A DNA stretch of 64,000 bases, taken from the NCBI GenBank assembly GCA_963833125.1, contig CAWHWX010000012.1, positions 97,572 to 161,571 on the forward strand, read 5' to 3'. The translations under genes and the position numbers were made by a program. The notes beneath the pieces are model-generated. The model was not told the origin of the DNA. It searched no databases and was given only the letters and a program-made list of their open reading frames with translations. Below, piece after piece: positions 40,075 to 50,653 of the stretch. Source of the stretch: Candidatus Bathyarchaeota archaeon (GTDB lineage Archaea > Thermoproteota > Bathyarchaeia > 40CM-2-53-6). Positions within the stretch are counted from its first letter, which is position 1; the number at the start of each line of letters is the position of its first letter.

Positions 40075-40834
40075 ATGCCTAACGAGCGACCAGCTTCGGA
40101 TGAACTACACCGTATAGTTCCCATTGGGCTGACGTTGGGGGAAGCGAGAGCGTGGTACTGGAATCATGTACTGATGCCTCAGATTCGGTTGGCTTTGATT
40201 GCGGTCGCGGCCGGTCTGATAATGATCGGCTCAATGCTCAGTCCATTAGGGGAGCTACTCGAACGGACATTGTTTACTCACATGATCGTGGAGCATTTCT
40301 TTTTCTTAGCTGCCGGGGTGCTGCTTGCTTATGGAATTCACTCTTCGATACTGATCGAGTCGCGTCTCTCTACAAAAGCTTCGCGGATCCATGTCCATCA
40401 TGGGGAAAGTCAATTTGGCGGTGAACAAATATGGACTCCTAACGTTTCTGGCTGCTGTCGTTTTGATTGCTTTCTGGTATATGCCCGCTGAATTCGACGC
40501 GGCTACAATTACTGCTAACATTCATGTTGAGATGCATATTTCACTGCTCCTTGCGGGCGGGCTGATTTTCGTCGGTTCCAGGTTTTTGAGCAAACGAATG
40601 AAATTGATCGCGCCGATCGTCGCCGGGAAAGCAATGGGGCTTTACGGAACATACTTGGTCCTAACCACTCTCACAATCTACAGAGTTTATCCTGCCTATG
40701 AACAGGCGGAGGCTGGTGTCGTCATGCTCTTCCTAATGCTGGGATTGGATTTCACAATCGTCCCAATATGGCTTTACGGATATTTCGGGAGGAATCCCCC
40801 TGCGCGAAGGGTTGTTGAACTTTCGCAAAGTTAG
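40075..40834 (+). CDS. CtaG/DUF1404-like oxidase assembly membrane protein (frameshift ~40385)
   Basis: HMIVEH, FWYMPAEFD and HVEMHISLL; divergent from coxB. Confidence 0.7.
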
Positions 40835-40931
40835 GGAAGTAATGTGACTTCGTTTTTGCTACAGCGGACAGTATGCTTAAAGCCGCTGGGCCCGACGTTC
40901 TAGAACCTGCTCCAAAAACTGGTGAGTCAAG

Positions 40932-41171
40932 TTGGCGTATGAATTTGTTGAAGCTTTTTCATCGGTCGTTCCAAGAGTTAGAATAAGTCAGATCCTAGCA
41001 GTATTGGGTATCCTCCTTGACGTAGTGTGGCGTGTCGTTAGTCACAATTTCACACACCCATCATTCGTCGACATACCCGCAGCCCTTCTAGTCGGGTATT
41101 ATGTTGGGAAGAGACCCAAGATTCAGAAAACAGGCCCAGAAAAGAAGTCCAAATGGATTCGGATCTCATAA
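40932..41171 (+). CDS. Small membrane protein
   Basis: Two hydrophobic segments; GGTGA RBS. Confidence 0.5.
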   Translation: MAYEFVEAFSSVVPRVRISQILAVLGILLDVVWRVVSHNFTHPSFVDIPAALLVGYYVGKRPKIQKTGPEKKSKWIRIS

Positions 41172-41174
41172 TCG

Positions 41175-41845
41175 CTACGAAAAGACCTTGCGTGACCACT
41201 CGCGTAGATCATTCATCGTATCTTCGGTTACCTCGTGCCCCATAGAATATTCTCGATAGGTGACCGTCGCGCCGGCACGCTTGAGAAGTTCGGCGGACTC
41301 TCGCCCTAATCGAGCGGGGATGATCGGGTCGTCGGTGCCGTGAGATATGAAGACTGGAAAACCGTTCAGGTTGGTCAGCTTCAAGGGCAAACCCGACCGA
41401 TGCGGAATATAGCCACTTAACGCGGCAACGCCTAGGAACGATGTCGGATCTAAGAGTGCGGTTGCATAAGACATCACGGTTCCTTGACTGAACCCCAACA
41501 GGAGTAATCGTTTCGTATCGACAGGGTACCCTTGTTTGACCTCTTCTACGAATTTTTGAAGCATGTCAATGCTTTTGCGGAAGGAGTTAGGCTCGGGGAT
41601 ACTCTCCTGGCCGAGATCATACCAGACGAATCCACCGTAGGGAAACGGGAACGGAGCACGAGGTGACACTAACAGTAATTCGGAAGCGAAAGGGAAAGGA
41701 CGAGCGGCGCGAGGTCGTTCTCATTCGCTCCTCGTCCGTGGATCGCGATGATGGTTGGATATTTCTCACTTGCGATTGAGGGGTAGAATACTAGGTGTTC
41801 AAGTGATGCCGGTATTGATTTTCCTCGCCCAATCCCGTTTGTCAA
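41175..41845 (-). CDS. Phospholipase/carboxylesterase (alpha/beta hydrolase), frameshift ~41680
   Basis: IHGRGANEND, GFSQG, HGTDDPII and MGHEV. Confidence 0.88.
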
Positions 41846-41960
41846 ACTTTACACCGACTAATGCCGCTTAAGCCACTGCTGATTCCGGTCACAAAACCAA
41901 TTGACTTGACAATTAGTAAACTTTGTATGAAGATCAACCGGACGGGTAGCTTCGTGTCGG

Positions 41961-43073
41961 ATGATGAAACTCTACCCTTTTGAAATGGAACGGTGGCAGT
42001 CAACTTGGGAGAATAAGGTCGAGTATAATCTGTCCGAAAGCGGCGTCCATCCGCTTCAATTGAATGAAATATTGACGAATGATACAGCTGAACTGTTGAG
42101 TCAAAGCCTCGGTTACGGCCAAACTAACGGAACCGAGGAGCTCAGAAGGTTAATCTCAAATCTGTATCCAGGCGCCGACGTCAACGATGTTTTGGTTACG
42201 AACGGAAGTTCCGAAGCGAACTTTGTTGCGCTATGGTCCTTTCTTGAAAGGGATGCTGAGGTTGCAATCATGTTGCCCAACTATATGCAGGCATGGGGAG
42301 TTGCGAAGACCTTCCAAGCCAAAGCCGTTCCTGTTTGGCTAAAGGAGAAGCAGGGTAGGTGGGTCTTTGACTTAGCTAAGTTGCGGAAAAGTGTGAATAG
42401 GCGAACCAAACTAATCGCAATATGCAACCCAAATAACCCGACTGGTTCGGTGCTAGATGAAAGTGAAATCGATCAGATTTGCGATATAGCTAAGAAAGTT
42501 GGAGCTTGGGTTCTGTCCGATGAAGTATACCGCGGCGCAGAACTCGCCGAAAGCGAAACCGCGACCTTCTGGGGCAAATATGAGAAGAGCATTGTAACCA
42601 GCGGCTTGTCCAAAGCCTACGGCTTACCGGGGCTCAGAATAGGGTGGGCCGTGGCGAAAGACAGGGCGAACAAGCTCTGGTCCTACCATGACTATACCAC
42701 AATTTGCCCGGGCGCAATCAGCGATTACCTCGCAAGGCAAGTACTCCAACCAGAAACGCGGAAGAAAATTCTGGCAAGGACAAGGAAGATCATTCAGTCA
42801 AACCTTCCCATCGTCGCACGCTGGGTTGAAAGACACCGAACCTACCTCTCTTTTATCCCACCTAAAGCAGGCGCAATAGCCTACCTCCACTATTCCCTGA
42901 AAATCAATTCAACAGAACTCGCCAAACGCCTACTCAAAGAGAAGAAAACGCTGATTGTTCCAGGCGACCAGTTCCAGATGGGCCGATACCTACGGGTAGG
43001 GTTCGGGGGGACACAAGACCGATTGGAGGCAGGGTTAGCACGCGTTGGAGAGCTTCTTGAGACCCTCAAGTGA
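41961..43073 (+). CDS. PLP-dependent aminotransferase class I/II
   Basis: YNLSESGV, CNPNNPTG, DEVYRG and SKAYGLPGLRIGW. Confidence 0.92.
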   Translation: MMKLYPFEMERWQSTWENKVEYNLSESGVHPLQLNEILTNDTAELLSQSLGYGQTNGTEELRRLISNLYPGADVNDVLVTNGSSEANFVALWSFLERDAEVAIMLPNYMQAWGVAKTFQAKAVPVWLKEKQGRWVFDLAKLRKSVNRRTKLIAICNPNNPTGSVLDESEIDQICDIAKKVGAWVLSDEVYRGAELAESETATFWGKYEKSIVTSGLSKAYGLPGLRIGWAVAKDRANKLWSYHDYTTICPGAISDYLARQVLQPETRKKILARTRKIIQSNLPIVARWVERHRTYLSFIPPKAGAIAYLHYSLKINSTELAKRLLKEKKTLIVPGDQFQMGRYLRVGFGGTQDRLEAGLARVGELLETLK

Positions 43074-43181
43074 CTGGCAATTAAGCCGCAGGCGTCGCGG
43101 CTAACTCTTAACGAGGCAAACCGACCGAAACCTTTTCAATTGCACCCACATTACCTGATTTCTAAGCGCGAAGTATCAAGC

Positions 43182-43415
43182 ATGAGTCAACAGACAACCC
43201 ATGTAAAGTTAAGATGCATGGAATGCAAAGCAAAATTCGACAGCAAATATGATGCCTTTGATACTTCGGCCATTACCAATGTCGGCCAGATCCTCCAGAA
43301 CTTCATCTTCTGCCAGAAGATGGGAAGACGAGGGTGCGGGAAAAGAGTTTCAGTCATAGTAACCGACATTCGCCAGATCGACGAAGATTCGAGTTCAAAC
43401 CGGGCAACCTTCTAA
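43182..43415 (+). CDS. Small Cys-containing hypothetical protein
   Basis: CMEC...CQKMGRRGC; possible Zn-binding. Confidence 0.5.
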   Translation: MSQQTTHVKLRCMECKAKFDSKYDAFDTSAITNVGQILQNFIFCQKMGRRGCGKRVSVIVTDIRQIDEDSSSNRATF

Positions 43416-43421
43416 GGTAAG

Positions 43422-44598
43422 ATGATACTTAATGCCCGAAGACTCCCTTTGGGCAAACAAATTCTAATCCTAGGTGCCGGATTCGGCGGCCTCACCGCAG
43501 CGCACACCCTTCGAAGCGGACTTAGGTCTGACAACAAGATAACGATCGTCGACAAGCAACTACTCTTCTTCATGGGACTCACCAAGCTCTGGGTGCTGAA
43601 CGGCACAAGACAAGTCGGAGATGGAGCTGGTAATAGGACACTGCTTGCCAAGAAAGGAATAGACTTCCTAGAAGGAGAGGTTCGGTCGATAAACTTAGGA
43701 GGAAAGGAAGTCGTCGTAGGCAAGCGAAAACTCAACTATGACTACCTAATAATCGCTCTAGGCGCCGACTATTCCCCTGACTCCACCGCTGGATTCTCAC
43801 GGTACGCTACGAACATGTATACCGAGAGTGGCTGTGCAGAAATTAGAGATCAGCTACACTCAGTAACCTCTGGAACGATCACGATCCTAGTATGCGGAAT
43901 GCCCTTCAAGTGTCCACCTGCCCCCTACGAGGCATCTATGATTATCGACGACATTCTCAGAAAGAAAGGAGTGCGAGAGGACGTGAGACTCCAAATCGTC
44001 ACCCCCGAGACTCATCCCCTAACCATTCTCGGCGCGGAAGCGGGAAGGATGGTGACGAATCTCCTTGAAGAAAGAAAAATTGAATATCACCCCTCCGAGA
44101 AAGTGAAAGAAGTCCGATCAAAAGCAGTCCTAACCGAAAGTGGAAAAGAAATCACTCACGACCTCCTCTTCGCTATCCCGACACATGTTTCGCCATCGGT
44201 CGTCAGAGAAGCGGGCTTAACTGATCAGTCAGGATGGATGCCAGTTGACGCGAGGACGTTGGCCACATCATTTCCTCAGGTATACGCGATTGGCGATTGT
44301 GCTGGCCCCAGAACCCCAAAGGGACAGTTGCTTCCACTGCGCTGGAATTCTCGCTGAGGAACAAGGAAAGGTGGTTGCTGCGAATTTAATTCATGAAATT
44401 GAGGGCTCAAAGACAAAAGAGGAATTTCAGGGAGAGGGGGTATGCTTCATGGAGGTCGGCGGCGGTAAGGCAGCACCTGTACGCGCCAGCTTCTACGCAG
44501 AACCGAATCCAACATGGGAATCCAAACCACCCAGCATGGAAGGATTGCTCGAAAAACAACGCTTCCTTGAAGTACGAATGAACACTTGGTTCGGATAG
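43422..44598 (+). CDS. Sulfide:quinone oxidoreductase/FCSD-like flavoprotein (frameshift ~44335)
   Basis: GAGFGG, YDYLIIALGA, KCPPAPYE, YAIGD and CFMEVG. Confidence 0.8.
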
Positions 44599-44651
44599 GG
44601 CAAGGACTCAAGCGCCAAAATCAATCAACTCCTAAACGATAAACGAGAATC

Positions 44652-45548
44652 GTGACGATGCCTTCGAAGGGGCCGTCTCTGGTATTTGCTGCTCTATGCA
44701 TCATCTGGGGCTCCACTTGGCTTGGAATTAAAATCGGTCTCGAATTTCTTCCTCCGTTCACGTTCGCGGGTTTACGATTCGCCGCCGCAACGATCGTGTT
44801 GTTAATCCTAGCGAAGGTTCTTCACGCCAAAATTCCCAGCGGACGTTCTTCCTGGTACTTGATGATATTTCTAGGCATTTTTCAGTTGACCATACCATAT
44901 GGCCTCGTGTTTTGGGGCGAACAATACATTTCCTCCGGCCTAGCAGCGGTTCTATTCGCTACGCTCACATTTTTCGTCGTCATATTTGCCCACTTTCTTG
45001 CTAACGAGAAATTGACTCGAGTAAAGGCCGTGGGGATTGTGGCGTCTTTCGCTGGTTTGATAGCCATCTTTTGGCGAGACTTAGCAATCCAAAGTTTTGC
45101 CATCGGCACCTCTTTCCTGGGAACCATCGCGGTGGTAGGAAGCACCGCATCAGCCGCATTGGCAAATGTAGTGGCTAAGCGGTATGCGAACAAAATTGAT
45201 CCATCTGTAAGCGTTCTAGTTCAATCTGCGATATGTTCCCTAACGTTATCCACTCTTGGCTTTCTAACGGAATCAAGCGTCCCAATGCATTTCACGCCTC
45301 TTGCAATTGGGATGATTCTATACCTCGGCATCATCGGCTCTGCCCTAGCATTCGTGGGTCTTTACTGGCTTTTCACACAAACCACAGCCACCAACGCCTC
45401 GCTCCTCGCGTTCATCACGCCAATTTTGGCGTTATTGCTTGGGTGGTTGGTTCTAGGAGAGGTTCCTGACTCAAGCATTGGAATAGGTACGGTACTGATT
45501 TTGGCAGGGGTATACCTGACTCTGAAACCTAGCGGCCGATTCCTTTAA
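44652..45548 (+). CDS. EamA/DMT family transporter
   Basis: IWGSTW...PPFTFAGLRF; about 10 TMs. Confidence 0.92.
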   Translation: MTMPSKGPSLVFAALCIIWGSTWLGIKIGLEFLPPFTFAGLRFAAATIVLLILAKVLHAKIPSGRSSWYLMIFLGIFQLTIPYGLVFWGEQYISSGLAAVLFATLTFFVVIFAHFLANEKLTRVKAVGIVASFAGLIAIFWRDLAIQSFAIGTSFLGTIAVVGSTASAALANVVAKRYANKIDPSVSVLVQSAICSLTLSTLGFLTESSVPMHFTPLAIGMILYLGIIGSALAFVGLYWLFTQTTATNASLLAFITPILALLLGWLVLGEVPDSSIGIGTVLILAGVYLTLKPSGRFL

Positions 45549-45650
45549 CAATGCCTAGGACAGAACGTTAGCCGGTTGGCTAGTTCGGCTAGCTGGTGTC
45601 GACATTCCGCTTCTATGAAGAAATTCACAAATTCTGCGTTGAAATTTTTT

Positions 45651-45995
45651 CTAGCCCTTCTTTGCTCCTAGGTAGAAGCCTAGCCCGAAACTGCCGCCCA
45701 TTGGGAACGCTTGGCCGATAAATGCTAAAGAACCGACTAGTGCTGTCAGCGAACTGGCGAATGTGTTACCCGCAGCATTCGTAAATGCTCCATAGTTGAG
45801 GGTGATGACTCCAATCGACGCCAGCCATGTGAGCCCTAGCATGAAGACTCCTGTGATGAGGGCCATGATCTTGAAGACTACCGCAGCTACTTTTTTCAAT
45901 CCGAAACCTAACAGAAATCCTAATGTTCCCCCAAAGCCGGCTTGACTAACCAATAATGTTGCTACGCTATTGATGTCCAATGAGGGCACGGGCAA
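45651..45995 (-). CDS. FUN14 domain membrane protein
   Basis: GFGGTLGFLLGFGLKKVA...GSFGLGFYLG. Confidence 0.8.
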   Translation of the reverse strand: MPVPSLDINSVATLLVSQAGFGGTLGFLLGFGLKKVAAVVFKIMALITGVFMLGLTWLASIGVITLNYGAFTNAAGNTFASSLTALVGSLAFIGQAFPMGGSFGLGFYLGAKKG

Positions 45996-46349
45996 ATAAG
46001 AGCGGCTTCATTCTGAGGCAATAAATGTTCGACACCACCGCCCGCAAAAAGATGGTTTCCCTTTGGGGGAATTGAACACAGCCATCGAAAAATAGGGTGA
46101 TCGTCTGTATTCAATTCTGATTCATATTAGCCGATTTCGTTAACTAGAAGCTGGAACGTCATAAGCGTCGCGAATATACCGTCGCTGGTCGGTACTGCCT
46201 TTTACCTTACCCCTAACAGGGATGAACTTAGACGCGATAAACTGCGCCCTGGTAGCTAAACAATATGGGGAAGGTCACTACTTGGCGATAGGGGATCCTC
46301 AGAAATAATGATGATCCTGCCCAGGACCTAGGTTGCGATCAAACCTTGA

Positions 46350-47198
46350 TTGAAACGCGCATCAGACGGCCCATCGGCGATCGGCAGGATTCTACCCGAC
46401 GAATTGAGCGATGCATTTCGGCGGCTTGGCATAGAGGAAGGAGATCGCGTCATGATGCATGCCTCGCTGGAGAGTATGGGGTCCGTTGATGGCGGGGCTG
46501 CGATGGTTCTACACCGGCTACTCAAAAATCTCGGGAAGAACGGCATCCTATTGATGCCCACTTTCACCTCAGTAACTCGACACGGTTCCACGCACGACAA
46601 CTACACGAAGAAGGGATGTTGGTGCGAGGGAAAAGAGAACCGTCACCTACCATTCATCTCTGAATTGCAACCTGACAAGGATATGGGTGAAATTGCGTAC
46701 CGGTTATGCAGTTGGCCATCATCGAGAAGAAGCAGGCATCCCACATACTCTTTTGTAGCGGTAGGAGAAAATTCGGACAAGCTTGTTCGTGAATATTCCG
46801 CTTCTGACCCACTGCAACCTCTCAAGGCGTTTCTCAAGGAAGACCCTTCGATTCTGACGATTGGAGTCGGATTGGACTCGGTTTCTGCGATTCATGTAGC
46901 AGAGCAACGGTTGACTCCCTCGAAGTTCGTCAAGGAACGTGCTCTTACCATTACCTCAAAGGGCCAGAATTGGGTCGATGTAACTGCAATCGGATGCAGT
47001 GAAGGTTTCCGGAATCTCGGGAAACGTATCAGTTCAGAGAAACTTGAGGAGACGCGGATCGGATTGGCAACGGCGACTCTCTACTCGATGAAGGGATTGA
47101 TTCAAGCCGTGGAGAAGGTTCTCCATGAAGACTCAATGGCCCTTGCGTGCGGAAGGCCGGATTGCCTCAGTTGCATACTTGCGTCAACCCAGAGATGA
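46350..47198 (+). CDS. AAC(3)/YokD-family acetyltransferase
   Basis: LGIEEGDRVMMHASL, GILLMPTFT, RSRHPTYSFVAVG and IHVAE. Confidence 0.82.
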   Translation: MKRASDGPSAIGRILPDELSDAFRRLGIEEGDRVMMHASLESMGSVDGGAAMVLHRLLKNLGKNGILLMPTFTSVTRHGSTHDNYTKKGCWCEGKENRHLPFISELQPDKDMGEIAYRLCSWPSSRRSRHPTYSFVAVGENSDKLVREYSASDPLQPLKAFLKEDPSILTIGVGLDSVSAIHVAEQRLTPSKFVKERALTITSKGQNWVDVTAIGCSEGFRNLGKRISSEKLEETRIGLATATLYSMKGLIQAVEKVLHEDSMALACGRPDCLSCILASTQR

Positions 47199-47220
47199 AC
47201 CGCGCCGTCTACTCGTAGTT

Positions 47221-48373
47221 TTATTTCCACCAACCGAATTCCTTTGGAACCGCCTTTGTCAACACCTTTCTGCCTTCTTGCGTGGATATCAGGTCGTCCT
47301 CAATCCTGATTCCAGTCTTCCCCTGCATGTAGGCTCCGGGTTCGATCGTGAACGCCATCGCTGGTCGAATAACCTCCAGTCCATGTGGGATTATGTATGG
47401 TTCTTCGTGAACTTCCAAGCCTAGACCATGGCCTGTTCGATGAACAAAATACTTGTCCAGGTCCTTTCCTCCGAAGACATTCTCTGGCCGCGCCATCAAT
47501 CGAGCCCGCTGTTACACCAGCCCGAGATGCTTCAACGGCTGCAACCTCGGCTTCGAGCACACTCTCGTAGAGCCGTTCAAAGGCCGGATCCTTACCCATA
47601 ATGAACGTTCGAGTTATGTCAGCGAAATAGCCGCCGTAGGTGCAGGTTGCATCGATAACTATGCTCTCCTTTCGTCTCAACTTTCTCGCCGATGGCAGAT
47701 GATGTCCGTCCGCAGCCATCGGTCCCGACTGAACTAGAACATCCGGCGTGGATTCGGCGCCATCCTCACGCATCTCGCTCGCAATTCTCTGCGCGAGTTC
47801 CAGTTCGTTCATTCCAGCTCGCAGCAGGCGGGAAATTTTCAAGAAAGATTTGGATATGATCTTCGCTGAACGCGTTAGCAGTTCTACCTCTTGCGCATCT
47901 TTCACGGATCTCAGGTTTTGCAGGATAGGTTCGGCGTTTTCAAACTGAGGTCGCGCAAATTTGAGAAGTGCGTCGATGTAGGAGTAGGGCATGCTGCCCT
48001 CCAGTCCCCATTTGCCAGTTAATCCCAGTTGGATGACTGCTTCTTCGATTGACTTTGATGGGCCGTCGGCATCAGTCCAACTGTGAATGGTGATCTTCAG
48101 GGGTGACCTTAGATATGGACCGGATTCAAGCGTGGGCGCTACTAGATGTGGTTCACCATCGGTGGGTACAGCCATGAAGAACGGCCGTTCCAAGAGGAGC
48201 GAGTGTCCTCCGGTGTAATATCTCAGGTTTGGCCCAGGAACAAGGATTACGCCATCTAGCTGGTTTTCACGCGCCTTCAGCTGCAATTTGTCAAGTCTAT
48301 CGGAATATTGATTCAACAAGCCATTCACTGCCCTCGCATACTTCCATACTTCGTTATATGCAATTCTATGCAC
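47221..48373 (-). CDS. Xaa-Pro peptidase (M24), frameshift ~47465
   Basis: YFADITRT, HRTGHGLGLEVHE, TIEPGAY and GIRIEDD. Confidence 0.92.
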
Positions 48374-48574
48374 GAAAACGAGGGATTAGTTTAGACATTA
48401 CGCCCTTACGGCTTGAAAATGAGCTAATCCGCTTAAATCAACTCTCCCCCGTAGCCCTCCTTGAACACCCATGTTAGACCCTAAGCCCAACGTGGAGGAG
48501 AGCCGGCAAATGCTGACGCCCGCGCTTGTATCCGTATAAATAGCTCCGAACTAAGAGCGAAAGACCCTGAACTC

Positions 48575-48937
48575 TTGCTCCTTGAAGCCATTGATCAGGC
48601 ACTGGGTGACTTACTTGGGCGACGTGCGCGAGAGGCGATTTACGACCACTTGGAGAGGAAATGTTACATGGCAAGGGACGAGATGCCGCAAAAGTTAGGT
48701 GAATTTTGTGATATTCTTCAAGCCAACTTTGGGAAGGCGGGAACAACGATTGAGAGAACTATCGCGAAGCGGTTTTACTCCAAACTAGAAAAGAGATTCA
48801 TCGACTATCCCGGCTACGGTTTGGTCGATTACGTTGAGAAGGCCAGCTCCCAACCTCCTCAACGGACCGTTGGTTTTCCGATCACGACTACGACCGTAAC
48901 TACGTATATTTTCACGGGCCAGACAAGCCAGGCCTAA
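48575..48937 (+). CDS. DUF3227-like hypothetical protein
   Basis: LLEAIDQAL..LG...AIYDHLE...FG.AG..IER.I pattern. Confidence 0.6.
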   Translation: MLLEAIDQALGDLLGRRAREAIYDHLERKCYMARDEMPQKLGEFCDILQANFGKAGTTIERTIAKRFYSKLEKRFIDYPGYGLVDYVEKASSQPPQRTVGFPITTTTVTTYIFTGQTSQA

Positions 48938-49383
48938 ACGAACGTAAAGCTCTCTCCAATTGAAACGCCGTTAGTTTTCACGAAGCCTGCGTTAACTTCC
49001 AGCACATACATTGCGTTAACGGGCGGCGTGAAGATGGGGCAAGCTTGAGGTGTGCAAGGCGGGAGGTCCTGCTCGATGAAGACCACTTGCCGGTTAGCGT
49101 TAAACCAGATGATATCCAACGGGAAGTTCATCTCATGCATCCAGAAACTCCACTCAGCCTCCTGGTTGAAGACGAAGAGCATTCCATGGTCAGCAGGCAT
49201 TGAAACTCGTCCCGAGAGGCCCATCTGCTGTTCTTGAGGCGTCGTGGCTAATTCCACCGTTAGCACAACTCCTGCAAACATAATCCTAACTGGTCTGGGT
49301 TGTTCGTACAGATAGTAACCAACAGAAACAGAAACCGCAAGAATAACGATCACCAGCGCAACGAACATGCTTCGTCTTTTCAA
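48934..49383 (-). CDS. DUF192 family protein
   Basis: VELATT...GLSGR...GMLFVF...FWM...LDII...YVLEVNAG. Confidence 0.9.
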   Translation of the reverse strand: MKRRSMFVALVIVILAVSVSVGYYLYEQPRPVRIMFAGVVLTVELATTPQEQQMGLSGRVSMPADHGMLFVFNQEAEWSFWMHEMNFPLDIIWFNANRQVVFIEQDLPPCTPQACPIFTPPVNAMYVLEVNAGFVKTNGVSIGESFTFV

Positions 49384-49530
49384 GGCCTCACTCCTACCTC
49401 CGTCAATCTTCCCCGACCAATAATTGCCTCATGCTTCACGAAAACCTACAGCTAAGTTTTGTTCGCTGGGTGATTCTTAAAAACTTCTTAAGAAGTTCTC
49501 AAGCGTATACTTTCGGACTCCAAAAAGTAG

Positions 49531-50343
49531 GTGGCTTGTTACTTGTACCTTTCAACGAACGGAACGAGATTGTATTACGTTGATCTTGGTCAACCCACTC
49601 GTCCGCCGGTTGTGTTGATCCACGGATTCCCACTAAGTCATGAAATGTGGGCCAATCAGATCGAGGTTCTCAAGAGTGCTTACCGTGTGGTTGCGTTTGA
49701 CTTACGTGGACAGGGTAGAAGTGAAGTGGGTGATGGGCAGTTCACGCTCGAGTTTTTGGTTGACGACCTCATAGCCCTATTGGACCATCTTAAGATTCAG
49801 CAGACAATTCTTTGTGGGCTTTCGATGGGCGGTTACGTGGCCCTGCGCACCGTGGAGCGAAACACGCAACGTGTCGACGGTCTAGTTCTATGCGATACCA
49901 AATCTGAGGCGGACACGAATGAAACGAAACTAGCGCGCGGTGCCTCTATCAGCGCGATCAAGAAAAATGGGGTTGACGCGTATGCGGACACTTTCCTGAA
50001 GGGGGCTCTCTCCTCCACTTCACTAAAGGAACGGAGTGTTGTAGAAACGGCAGCGAAAATCATTCGACAAAATCAAGCTCTGGGTTTGTCTGGCACATTG
50101 CTTGCACTGGCTGGAAGGACTGATACGACTTCATTCCTCCCCAAAATCCAAGTTCCAACGCTTATCCTCGTCGGTGAACAGGATAAGATCACTCCGCCCG
50201 AACAATCTCGCAAAATGCAGTCGTCGATTCAGAACTCAGAACTGCATATCATACCGCAGTCTGGGCATTTTACTAATTTGGAAAACCCAACGGTATTCAA
50301 CACCCATCTCCTGAACTTCCTTCAGAAGCATACGCAATCATAG
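49531..50343 (+). CDS. Alpha/beta hydrolase (PcaD-like)
   Basis: LIHGFP, DLRGQG, GLSMGG, GEQD and GHFTNLE. Confidence 0.9.
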   Translation: MACYLYLSTNGTRLYYVDLGQPTRPPVVLIHGFPLSHEMWANQIEVLKSAYRVVAFDLRGQGRSEVGDGQFTLEFLVDDLIALLDHLKIQQTILCGLSMGGYVALRTVERNTQRVDGLVLCDTKSEADTNETKLARGASISAIKKNGVDAYADTFLKGALSSTSLKERSVVETAAKIIRQNQALGLSGTLLALAGRTDTTSFLPKIQVPTLILVGEQDKITPPEQSRKMQSSIQNSELHIIPQSGHFTNLENPTVFNTHLLNFLQKHTQS

Positions 50344-50653
50344 GACGAATACGTGAGATACGATGCCTAACCCCGCGATGAATGCCAAGCTGAGCCATTG
50401 AGCATGCTTTCACCCCCCTTCGGAGGCAGATTTGCCCATCACTCGGTCAAAGAGTATTTCCGTAAATGTGTTCTCACAGTTCTGACACTATAGGTCCTAG
50501 CAGCACTTCCATTGTGAAGAATTTGGTCGATGGTAACGTTGAGGGATTGTTGTCAATTGCAGTCGCCAAGCATCGCTGAGGGTACACTCTTCCTTGCGTC
50601 TAAACACTTTATCAAAACTTGCAAAATCCACCTGAAAGATTGGTCGCCTGCAA

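Noticed and set aside
46000-46349. 350-bp intergenic gap with a 28-aa ORF and an ATGATGA C-box-like motif
   Set aside because: No clear RBS, no matching D box at suitable distance, and no convincing structure.
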